Assembly (NCBI GenBank): GCA_040768745.1
Contig: JAXGMI010000001.1
Coordinates: forward strand, 128,001 to 192,000
Direction: 5' to 3'
Length of the DNA stretch: 64,000 bases
Source: Desulfomicrobium sp.
GTDB taxonomy: Bacteria > Desulfobacterota > Desulfovibrionia > Desulfovibrionales > Desulfomicrobiaceae
Shown here: piece by piece, positions 52,342 through 61,117 of the stretch
Position numbering within the stretch: the stretch's first letter is position 1
Layout: each line of letters begins with the position of its first letter
The notes under the pieces: generated by a model
What the model saw: only the letters and a program-made list of their open reading frames with translations
Told to the model about the DNA's origin: nothing
Databases searched by the model: none
Position numbers and translations under genes: made by a program

Positions 52342-53526
52342 ATGAAACCGCTGCAGCCCTTTCCCATGGCGCCTTCCGGATCCTGCGAGGCTCCTTGCTC
52401 AGGGACCGAAATCTCCAAGCCGACCCCCTCGGCTCCGGGAGCGTGCTGAGGACCTCCGCCGGCCCCTGGTGCAGGGGTGGACGACCTTCCTGGCTATCGC
52501 ATCGAACCTTATGTGGATACGTTCATGCCCACCGCCGCAGGGCGCATTCCTCGCGTCCGGACCAGTCCCACGGCCTGGGACCGGCTCGGGACCTGCCGGG
52601 CCCGGCTGGGCCTGGACCGCAATCAATATATCGTCAACCCTGGCCTTTTTGCCGTAGGCCTGCCCGACGCCGGTTCGCCCGTGGTCGTCACCGCCAACTA
52701 CAAGCTGACCTTCGACACGGTCCGCTTCGCCCTGGCCGGGCGGGACGTCTGGCTGCTGGTGGTGGACACGCGCGGCATCAACGTCTGGTGCGCGGGCGGC
52801 AAGGGCACCTTCAACGCAGCCGGCGTCAGCGAGCAGGTCAGAAAGACCGGGCTCGAGCGCGTCGTGTCCCACCGTCAGCTGATCCTGCCCCAGCTCGGGG
52901 CCAACGGAGTGCGGGCCCTCGACCTGCGCAGGACCTGCGGGTTCGAGGCCGTGTTCGGACCCGTCCGGGCCGAGGACCTGCCCCGCTACCTGGACCAAGG
53001 CATCGACGAGGCCATGCGCGAGGTGACCTTCACCCTGCGGGAGCGGGCCACCGTCATCCCCGTGGAGCTGGTCCTGGGCTGGAAGCCCATCCTGGGCGCC
53101 TTGGCCGTGGCGGCGGTCCTGAGCCTTTTCGGGTACGGATTCTCCCTCGGGGCCGTCTGGAGCCGCTGGCTGGTGGCGGCAGGAGGCACCATCATGGGCC
53201 TCTTCTGCGGCGCGGTCCTCTTCCCTCTGCTCCTGCCGTGGCTGCCGCGCGCCTTTTCCCTGGGGGGGGCCGGACTCGGGCTGGCCGGCGCCCAGGTGCT
53301 GCCCCTTTTCTTCCCGCACGCCCCCTGGCCGGCACTGGCCGGGGCGGGGATGTGGACCGCCGTCCTCTCGTCCTGGCTGGGCCTCAATTTCACGGGTTCC
53401 ACGCCCTACACCTCGCCGTCGGGCGTGGAGAGGGAGATGCGCCGGGCCATCCCGGTTCTGGCGGCCTGCACCCTGCTGGCGTTGGTCCTGTTCGTGGCCG
53501 GAGGCTTCGCCGGTGGATCGGCATGA
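52342..53526 (+). CDS. hgcA: Mercury methylation corrinoid protein HgcA, predicted selenoprotein form (394 aa, Sec36 at TGA 52447-52449)
   Basis: TANYKLTFD, cap helix TRGINVWCAGGKGTF, PQLGA, FGPVRA.DLP, TM domain, NFTGSTPYTS.SGV..EM; the frame is open from ATG 52342 except for one TGA after TGC, followed by a hairpin. Gene identity is near certain; the extension and Sec are inferred. Confidence 0.93.
52459..52480 (+). promoter_or_regulatory. Putative bacterial SECIS element in hgcA
   Basis: CC-G-GCCCCUG-GUG-CAGGGGU-GG hairpin; the 7-bp core starts 13 nt after UGA and the loop begins with G. Confidence 0.7.
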
Positions 53527-53798
53527 AACGCTACCGCCACCTCGAAAACGTGACCACCTTGACCTATGACAAAGCCAAGTGCGTGGGCTGCGGCCTGTGC
53601 GCCACGGTCTGCCCGCACCGCATCTTCGCCCTGCAAGGCGGCAAGGCCGAAGTCCTGGACCGCGAGGCTTGCATGGAGTGCGGGGCCTGCGCCCTGAACT
53701 GCCCCACCGCGGCCATCACGGTCACACCCGGTGTGGGCTGCGCCCAGTACATCATCCAGACCTGGTTGCCGGGCAAGCGCAGGACGTCCTGCTGCTGA
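53523..53798 (+). CDS. hgcB: Mercury methylation ferredoxin HgcB
   Basis: CVGCGLCATVCPH and CMECGACALNCP, GVGCA, C-terminal CC; ATGA overlap with hgcA. Confidence 0.95.
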   Translation: MKRYRHLENVTTLTYDKAKCVGCGLCATVCPHRIFALQGGKAEVLDREACMECGACALNCPTAAITVTPGVGCAQYIIQTWLPGKRRTSCC

Positions 53799-53857
53799 AT
53801 CCTTGACCACGGCCCCGAAATGGCTGATCTTTTCGCTTCCAAATCACGGAGGACACC

Positions 53858-54412
53858 ATGCTCGACCGCGCTGAAGCGCTGGCCTTGCTCAAGGCCAGCG
53901 CCCCCGACCAACTCTATGTCCACGCCCTGGAAACCGAAGCCGTCATGCGCGCCCTGGCCGAACGCCTCGGCCACAATCAGGAGGTCTGGGGCCTGGCCGG
54001 TCTGCTGCACGACCTCGACTACCCGGAAACCAAGGACACGCCCGGAAAGCACGGCCTGCTGACCGCGGAAACCCTGACCGGCAAGCTGCCGGACGACGCC
54101 GTGCAGGCCATCGCCCGCCACAACGAGATGAACGGCAACCTGCCCCAGACCCCCTTCGACTTCGCCCTGCGCTGCGGCGAGACCGTCACCGGGCTGATCC
54201 ACACCGCCGCCCTGGTCCGCCCCACCCGCATGCAGGGCATGGAGGCCAAGAGCCTGAAGAAAAAGATGAAGGACAAGGCCTTCGCCGCCTCGGTCTGCCG
54301 CGAAACCATCAAGGAATGCGAGAAGATCGGCCTGGAGCTGGCCGACTTCCTGACCCTGGCCATAGGAGCCATCACGGGCATCGAGGCCGAGGTGGGACTG
54401 GCGGCGTCCTGA
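53858..54412 (+). CDS. HD/HDIG domain metal-dependent phosphohydrolase
   Basis: H...TEAVMRALA, GLLHDLD, HG, KK.KDKAFAA; GGAGGA RBS. Confidence 0.9.
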   Translation: MLDRAEALALLKASAPDQLYVHALETEAVMRALAERLGHNQEVWGLAGLLHDLDYPETKDTPGKHGLLTAETLTGKLPDDAVQAIARHNEMNGNLPQTPFDFALRCGETVTGLIHTAALVRPTRMQGMEAKSLKKKMKDKAFAASVCRETIKECEKIGLELADFLTLAIGAITGIEAEVGLAAS

Positions 54413-54416
54413 CTCC

Positions 54417-57400
54417 ATGGAAGGCTTCATCCTCCACGCATCCAACCGTCTGGAAAACCTGGCCGAACTGCTGGCTGAGGTGCTGAAATCACCGCCGGAC
54501 CCCATGCAACAGGAAACCATCCTGGTCCAGTCCGGCGGCATGCAGCGCTGGGTCTCCATGCAGCTGGCCCGCCGACACGGCGTCTGCGCGGGTGCGCGCT
54601 TCCCCTTCCCCGTGGCCTTCGCCTACGAACTCTGCCGGGAGCTGCTGGCCGACCTGCCCCCCGAATACCCCTTGAGCCAGGAGCGCATGCTCTGGCGCAT
54701 CGTGCACCTGCTGCGCGGCCTGCTGCACGAGCCGGAGTTTGCGCCCCTGGCGCGCTACGTGCGCGAGGACTCGGAGCTCAAGTCCGTGCAGCTGGCCGAG
54801 CGCATCGCCTATCATTTCGACCAGTACCTCATCTTCCGACCCCAGTGGGCCGCACGCTGGGAACGCCATGAACCGAGCGGGAACTTCGTCCTGCCCGGCC
54901 ACGTCACCAGCGAAGCCTGGCAGGCCAGGCTGTGGCGGGAACTGGTCAGGGACATGGGCGGGGAACACCGTGCAGCCCTGCTGCAGCGGGCCATCGCCAG
55001 ACTGGAAAAGGGCGTTTCCCTGCCGCGGCTGCCCGCCCGCGTCTGCGTCTTCGGCATCCCGACCCTGCCGCCGGTCTACTTGGACCTGCTGCAAGCACTA
55101 TCCCGGCACAGGCCGGTACATGTCTTTCTACTCAGCCCCTGCCGACAGTACTGGGGCGATCTCCTGACACACAGGGAGCAACGGCGGGCCTACCGGAGCC
55201 AGTTTCTATCCCTGGAAGAGCGTTTTGAGGACGCTACGCCACTAGCCGGACTCGGCGCAGTTGGCCGGGACTTTCTAGAATTGCTACTTGATAGAGACAT
55301 TCAGGAATCGGAGGAGGACCGCTACGAGGAGCCCGACACAACCACCATGCTCGGACAACTCCAGGCCGACCTTCTTGATCTGGACGTTCGCGAGGAAAAG
55401 ACGGACTTCTCCGACACCTCCATCCAGATCCACTGCTGCCACAGCCCCCTGCGCGAAATGGAGGTCCTCAAGGACCTGATCCTCGATCTCCTGTCCAAAG
55501 ACCCGTCCCTCTCCCCCCAGGACATCCTGGTCATGAATCCGGACATCGAGAGCTACGCGCCGGTCATCCAGGCCGTGTTCGGGACCGCCGGGGAGGGCCT
55601 CCCCTTCTCCATTTCCGACCGCAAGCCCACCAGGGCCGCCGAAACCGTCCGCCTCTTTCTCGACCTGCTGGAGTTCGGGCAGCACCGCTTCGAGGCTTCG
55701 CGCGTCTGCGCCCTGCTCGAAGCCCCGCCCGTGCGGCAACGCCTCGGCCTTTCCGCGGCCGAAACGCAGCGGGTTCTGGAATGGGTCCGCGCATCGGGCG
55801 TGCGCTGGGGGCTGGACCTGGATTTCCGCAGGCGGACGGGACTGGGGGATTTCGGACAGAACACATGGCAGAGCGGCCTGGCCCGCCTGTACCTCGGGTA
55901 CATGACCGGCGCGGCAAGCCCGCTCCACGGCATCGCCCCTCTCCCGCTGCGCGGCTCGGCCGAACAGGAGCTGCTGGGCCGCATGACCGACTGGATCGAC
56001 GAACTGGGGACCCTGTGGTCCCGGCTGCGCGACGCGCGCGCACCGGCCGACTGGCGGGACTGCCTGCTGTGGATCCTGGACGCCTTCTTTCCCCAGGACC
56101 GCGCCCAGGCCGAGCACCTGCTGGCCATCCGCAGGACCGTGACTGACCTCATCGACGAAATGGGTGACTTCGAGGCCGACGCCCGGACCATGCTCTACAT
56201 CGTCCGCAAGCGCCTGGACGAAAGCGGCGGCGAGTCGGGCTTCCTGGCCTCGGGCCTGACCTTCTGCGGCCTGCGCCCCATGCGCTCCATCCCTTTCCGG
56301 GTGGTTTGTCTGACGGGCCTGACCAGCACGGCCTTCCCGCGCCAGGACACCCCCCCGGGCTTCGATCTCATGGCCGCACGGCCCCGGCCCGGCGACCGCA
56401 GCCTCCGCGAGGACGACCGCTACCTGTTTCTGGAGAGCATCATCTCGGCCCGGGACAACCTCATCCTGACCTACCCCGGCCTGTCCCAGTCCGACAACGC
56501 CGAGGCCCCGCCCTCGGTCCTGGTCTCGGAACTGCTCGATTTCCTGGACAGGGGCTGCACCGTGGACGGAGGGAAACCATCGGAGACCCTTGTTTTCAGG
56601 CACAGACTGCAGGCCTTCCATCCGGACTATTTCAGCGCGGGGTCGGGCCTCTTCTCCTACTCGGCCCAAAACCGCCACGCGGCGCAGGCGCTGTTCGCCG
56701 AGCACCAGTCCAGGCAATTCTTCCCCGATCCCGCTATTCCCGGAGAGGCGCATGCAGAGCAGGAGATCGAGGTCGACATCGAGGAGCTGACCCGCTTCCT
56801 GACCCACCCCTGCCGCCACCTGCTGCGCGCCCTGCGTATCGACCCGGACTGCGGGGAGGACGAGCTTCTGGACGAGGAACCCCTGGCCGCACCCACGGGC
56901 CTCGACGCCTACGGCCCGCTGCAGGAGCTGCTGCGCACGGCCCTGGACGAGCCTGCCGCCGACCTCGAGGGACTCCTTCTGACCTGGCAGATCCTGCCTC
57001 CCGGACAGGCCGGTACGGACGCCGGACGGGAACTCTGCTCCCAGATCCGCTCCCTGGCCGACCAGGCACGGGCCGTCATCGGCGACGAAAAGGCCGCGCA
57101 CCTCGAACTGAAGCTGCTACTGGGCAGGGTCACGCTCACAGGGCGCCTCGACATCCACGGCGACCGCATCGTGACCTGCCGCCCGGCCAAGACCAAAAGC
57201 TCGGACATGCTCCGCCTGTGGGTCCGCCATCTGGCCGCCTCGGCCTCGGGCCTTGCGCCCCGGTCCACGCACATCGGCACCGATGACTGCTTCCCCGCAC
57301 CCGAAGCCCCGGACGCCCGGAATCTCCTCGAACGGTTGATGCGGCTCTACACGCAGGGCATGCGCGCCCCGCTGCCCTTCTTCCCCCGCACCTCCCTGGC

Positions 57401-57614
57401 CTTCGCCCAGGCCCGCTTCAAAGGCCGCAAGCCCAAGGAGCGACGAGAGGCATTGATGCAGGCCATGCGCCATTGGGTAGGCGGCTACATGGTCAGCCCC
57501 GAACGTGACGACCCGCACCTGGCCTTTCTCTTCCGCGACGTCGAGCCGGACTGGGAGGAATTCGCGGACGTGGCCGAGGAAATCTACGCCCCCCTCCTGG
57601 GAGGTGCCGATTGA
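54417..57614 (+). CDS. recC: Exodeoxyribonuclease V gamma subunit
   Basis: SNRLE.L, LVQS.GM.RW, FDQY..FRP.W, HSPLRE.EVL, PMRSIPFRV, DRYLFLE. Confidence 0.95.
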   Translation: MEGFILHASNRLENLAELLAEVLKSPPDPMQQETILVQSGGMQRWVSMQLARRHGVCAGARFPFPVAFAYELCRELLADLPPEYPLSQERMLWRIVHLLRGLLHEPEFAPLARYVREDSELKSVQLAERIAYHFDQYLIFRPQWAARWERHEPSGNFVLPGHVTSEAWQARLWRELVRDMGGEHRAALLQRAIARLEKGVSLPRLPARVCVFGIPTLPPVYLDLLQALSRHRPVHVFLLSPCRQYWGDLLTHREQRRAYRSQFLSLEERFEDATPLAGLGAVGRDFLELLLDRDIQESEEDRYEEPDTTTMLGQLQADLLDLDVREEKTDFSDTSIQIHCCHSPLREMEVLKDLILDLLSKDPSLSPQDILVMNPDIESYAPVIQAVFGTAGEGLPFSISDRKPTRAAETVRLFLDLLEFGQHRFEASRVCALLEAPPVRQRLGLSAAETQRVLEWVRASGVRWGLDLDFRRRTGLGDFGQNTWQSGLARLYLGYMTGAASPLHGIAPLPLRGSAEQELLGRMTDWIDELGTLWSRLRDARAPADWRDCLLWILDAFFPQDRAQAEHLLAIRRTVTDLIDEMGDFEADARTMLYIVRKRLDESGGESGFLASGLTFCGLRPMRSIPFRVVCLTGLTSTAFPRQDTPPGFDLMAARPRPGDRSLREDDRYLFLESIISARDNLILTYPGLSQSDNAEAPPSVLVSELLDFLDRGCTVDGGKPSETLVFRHRLQAFHPDYFSAGSGLFSYSAQNRHAAQALFAEHQSRQFFPDPAIPGEAHAEQEIEVDIEELTRFLTHPCRHLLRALRIDPDCGEDELLDEEPLAAPTGLDAYGPLQELLRTALDEPAADLEGLLLTWQILPPGQAGTDAGRELCSQIRSLADQARAVIGDEKAAHLELKLLLGRVTLTGRLDIHGDRIVTCRPAKTKSSDMLRLWVRHLAASASGLAPRSTHIGTDDCFPAPEAPDARNLLERLMRLYTQGMRAPLPFFPRTSLAFAQARFKGRKPKERREALMQAMRHWVGGYMVSPERDDPHLAFLFRDVEPDWEEFADVAEEIYAPLLGGAD

Positions 57615-60600
57615 TGGAGCCCATGGACCTCTGCACCGCCCCCCTGGACGGCACCACCCTCATCGAGGCCAGCGCCGGCACCGGCAAGACCTACACCCTG
57701 ACCGGCCTTTTCGTGCGTCTGCTGCTGGAGAAGGGTCTGACCGTGGACCAGATCCTCGTCGTGACCTTCACCGACGCGGCCACCGAGGAGCTGCGCGGGC
57801 GAATTCACGAACGTCTGACGGAAATTCTGCAATTGCTGGAGAGAACGCGCGCACCCAAAAACAAAGACGACCTGGAATCCTTCGTGTCACAGATGAACGA
57901 TCCGGACGCCGTCCGCCGCCTGGAGCTCGCCCTGCGCAACTTCGACCTGGCCCAGATCTTCACCATCCACGGCTTCTGCCAGCGCATGCTCGGGCGCAAC
58001 GGCTTCGAATGCGCAGCCCTGTTCGACACCCAACTCGAACCGGACCTCTCGGACCTGCGCCGGCAGGTCTGCCTGGATTTTTGGCGCAGTCGCATCATGC
58101 CCCTGGACGGCCTGACTGGCACGGAAGTGCGCCAGCACCTGACCCCGGACCATCTCACGGAACTGTCCGGCCTGCCCTTCCTGGCCCAGCGCATCCGCAT
58201 CGTGCCGGACACCACCGCCCCGGACCCCACGCCCCTGGACCGGACAGTGCGGGAGGCATGCGAAAGGCTCAAGGCCTCCTGGTCAGTTACGGAACCTGAA
58301 GTCCGAGCGCTCCTGCTGGCCCGAACAGACAGTTTCAATGCCCGCCAGTTCTCGCCACAGAAGCTGGATCAGCGCTTGAAGGCAACGCGTGATTTCCTGA
58401 ACGACCCGAGGCTAGACGCCAAAGAGCAACTCAAGGCCATGGATGAGCTGGCTCCGGACTATGTACGCGGCATGACCAAAATGGCCTTCGCCGCCCCGGA
58501 GCACCCGCTCTTCAAGGAAATCGGGAGCCTCCTCGAACTGATCGAGGCCTTGCGCCAGGCCGTGGCCCCCTTCGTGGTCCACTTGCGTCATGCCTTCCTG
58601 TCCGGGTTCACGACCCGCCTGGACGAGCTCAAACGGCTCCGCAACGTCATGGGCTTCGACGACCTGCTGCGCGGAATGCACGCCGCCCTGGCCAGCCCCG
58701 AGCTGGTGACCGCGGTGAGAAACCAGTATCGCGCTGCCCTCATCGACGAGTTCCAGGACACCGATGGCCTGCAGTACGACATCTTCCGCACCCTGTTCGC
58801 TGCCGCGGACGCCGAAAACTGCCTGTTCCTCATCGGCGACCCCAAGCAGGCCATCTACTCCTTCCGCGGCGCGGACCTGCACACCTATCTGCAGGCGGCC
58901 GACAGCTGCACACGTAGCCGCACCCTGGTGGTCAACCATCGCTCCACGCCCGAGCTGGTCGAGGCCGTGAACCGCCTGTTTTTCCGGCAATCGAACCCCT
59001 TTCTGCACCGCAAGATCGCCTTCCGGCCGGTCTGTGCGCCGGGTGGGAATCACGAGCGATTCAACGAGGACGGTCGCGCGCCCGCTCCCCTGGTTCTCTG
59101 GCACACCGCGAGTGACGACAAGCCCCTGGCCAAGGGGGCGCTTGCGCCGCGCATCTGCCGGGCCGTGGCCGCCGAGATCAGCCGCCTGCTGCGGGGTGCG
59201 GCCGAAGGGCGCATCCGCATCGGCGACACGCCGCTCCTGCCAGGGAACATCGCCGTCCTGGTCGAAACCCACGCCCAGGGCGAGGCCATCCACCAAGCCC
59301 TTGGCACGCTTCGCATCCCAAGCGTCGTGACCCATACCTCGTCGGTCTTTGCCAGCCCCGAGGCGGCGGAACTCCTGTCCGTGCTGCGCGGCACGGCCGA
59401 ATGCCAGCGACCGGCGGCCCTGCGCACGGCCCTGGCCGCGCCCATGATCGGCCTGACGGCAACGGAACTCGCCGCTCTCGACGAGGACAGCGTAAAACTC
59501 GAGGCATGGTTCGAACGATTCCTCGCCTACCGGGATGTGTGGGAGCGGAGCGGGGCCATGGCCGCGCTGCAGCGTCTCTTCGCCGACCTGGGCGTGCGGG
59601 AGCGCCTCGTGTCCCTGCCGGGCGGCGAGCGGCGCATGACCAACGTCCTGCACTGCATGGAATTGCTCCACAGCCGGGAGCGCGAGACGGGTGTGTCCAT
59701 GCACGCCCTGCTGACTTGGTTCTCACGCAAGCTCGGCGCCGACGCAACCGAGGACACCCAGCTCCGACTGGACACGGACCGCGACGCGGTCCAGATCGTG
59801 ACCATCCACAAGAGCAAGGGCCTGCAGTACCCGGTGGTCTTCTGCCCCTTCATCTACGGCAAGGCCAGATGCCCCGAGGACCGCGCCCTGGTCCACGACG
59901 GGGGGCTGCTCCTGGACCTGGGCTCGCCGGATCTGCCCGCCAGGATGCGCGCGGCCTTGGAGGAGGCCCAGGCCGAGCGCGTGCGTCTGCTCTACGTGGC
60001 CCTGACCCGCGCCAAATGCCGCTGCTACGCGGTCTGGGGGCGCATCAACGAGGCCGAGACCTCGGGTGCGGCCTGGCTCTTCCACGGACACCGCGTCGAG
60101 GCCCCGGGGGCCCTGGGCTGGGAGGCCGTCACCAAGGAGATGGTCCGGGAGGATCTCGAAGCCCTGCGCTGCCAGTGCGTCGATGTCGGGGAGTTGCCTG
60201 ACTCCACGCCGGAACCCGGCCCCCCGCAGTTCACGGATGCCCCGGAACTGAACTGCCGGACCTGGGAGCGCACCCTTGGACCGGGCTATGGCCTGGCCAG
60301 CTTCACGGGCCTGACCCGCGGATCGGAGCACGGCGCCAGGCCCGGCCTGGATGAGGACGACGCGGCAGGGCAGGCAGAAGACGACGAATGGTCCATGGCC
60401 AGATTTCCGCGCGGGGCCGCCGCCGGGTCCTGCCTGCACCGCATCTTCGAGCGCATAGACTTCACTGCCAGCGCCACTGTCCCCGGCGAGGTCGCGGACG
60501 CGCTGGCCGCATACGGATTTGACGAGGCATGGGAAAAGACGGTTCGCGACATGGTCGAACAGACCCTGCGCGCCGACCTGGACGGATTCAGGCTGGAACA

Positions 60601-61117
60601 AATCGGAATGAAGGACCGGCTTGTGGAACTGGAGTTTCTCATCCCGTTGCGCCCCGTGACCCGCGAGAGCCTGGCCGCCGTGTACCGGGAAGCGGCCGGG
60701 CTCCTGCCGCCTGAGCTTCCCGATCGCATGGAGGGTCTGCGCTTCGACCCGCGCCGGGGCTTCATGACCGGGTTCATGGACCTGGTAGTGCGCAGCGGCC
60801 GGAAGTTCTATCTCCTCGACTGGAAATCCAACTGGCTCGGCCCCACGCCCGGCCACTACACCAAGGAGGCCCTGCACGAGGCCATGACCGGCAGCCACTA
60901 CTTCCTGCAGTACCACCTCTACTGTCTGGCCCTGAAGCGCCACCTGGCCCTGCGCATGCCGGGATTCGACTTTGCGGAGCACTTCGGCGGCGTGCGCTAC
61001 GTCTTCCTGCGCGGCGTGGACCCGCAGCGACCGGGCCAGGGCGTGCACGCGGACTGCCCTGACCTGCGCTTCCTCGATGCATTGGACAAGGCCCTCATCG
61101 GCACGGAGAACCGCTGA
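57614..61117 (+). CDS. recB: Exodeoxyribonuclease V beta subunit
   Basis: ASAGTGKT, VTFT.AAT.ELR, IDEFQDTD, GDPKQAIYSFRGAD, TIHKSKGL, YVALTRA, nuclease G.MDL...DWKSN. Confidence 0.97.
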   Translation: MEPMDLCTAPLDGTTLIEASAGTGKTYTLTGLFVRLLLEKGLTVDQILVVTFTDAATEELRGRIHERLTEILQLLERTRAPKNKDDLESFVSQMNDPDAVRRLELALRNFDLAQIFTIHGFCQRMLGRNGFECAALFDTQLEPDLSDLRRQVCLDFWRSRIMPLDGLTGTEVRQHLTPDHLTELSGLPFLAQRIRIVPDTTAPDPTPLDRTVREACERLKASWSVTEPEVRALLLARTDSFNARQFSPQKLDQRLKATRDFLNDPRLDAKEQLKAMDELAPDYVRGMTKMAFAAPEHPLFKEIGSLLELIEALRQAVAPFVVHLRHAFLSGFTTRLDELKRLRNVMGFDDLLRGMHAALASPELVTAVRNQYRAALIDEFQDTDGLQYDIFRTLFAAADAENCLFLIGDPKQAIYSFRGADLHTYLQAADSCTRSRTLVVNHRSTPELVEAVNRLFFRQSNPFLHRKIAFRPVCAPGGNHERFNEDGRAPAPLVLWHTASDDKPLAKGALAPRICRAVAAEISRLLRGAAEGRIRIGDTPLLPGNIAVLVETHAQGEAIHQALGTLRIPSVVTHTSSVFASPEAAELLSVLRGTAECQRPAALRTALAAPMIGLTATELAALDEDSVKLEAWFERFLAYRDVWERSGAMAALQRLFADLGVRERLVSLPGGERRMTNVLHCMELLHSRERETGVSMHALLTWFSRKLGADATEDTQLRLDTDRDAVQIVTIHKSKGLQYPVVFCPFIYGKARCPEDRALVHDGGLLLDLGSPDLPARMRAALEEAQAERVRLLYVALTRAKCRCYAVWGRINEAETSGAAWLFHGHRVEAPGALGWEAVTKEMVREDLEALRCQCVDVGELPDSTPEPGPPQFTDAPELNCRTWERTLGPGYGLASFTGLTRGSEHGARPGLDEDDAAGQAEDDEWSMARFPRGAAAGSCLHRIFERIDFTASATVPGEVADALAAYGFDEAWEKTVRDMVEQTLRADLDGFRLEQIGMKDRLVELEFLIPLRPVTRESLAAVYREAAGLLPPELPDRMEGLRFDPRRGFMTGFMDLVVRSGRKFYLLDWKSNWLGPTPGHYTKEALHEAMTGSHYFLQYHLYCLALKRHLALRMPGFDFAEHFGGVRYVFLRGVDPQRPGQGVHADCPDLRFLDALDKALIGTENR

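Noticed and set aside
52342..52449. hgcA as a pseudogene, or a separate 35-aa peptide ending at TGA
   Set aside because: All downstream motifs are intact, and the Cys-TGA plus hairpin context fits recoding better
52269..53522. 509-aa ORF suggesting a long HgcB or an HgcAB fusion
   Set aside because: Only the last 91 codons are ferredoxin-like; the rest is an off-frame shadow of hgcA
53790..53830. hgcB ends TGC TGC TGA: a second Sec codon?
   Set aside because: Terminal Cys-Cys is the normal HgcB end, there is no convincing hairpin downstream, and read-through would overlap the HD gene out of frame
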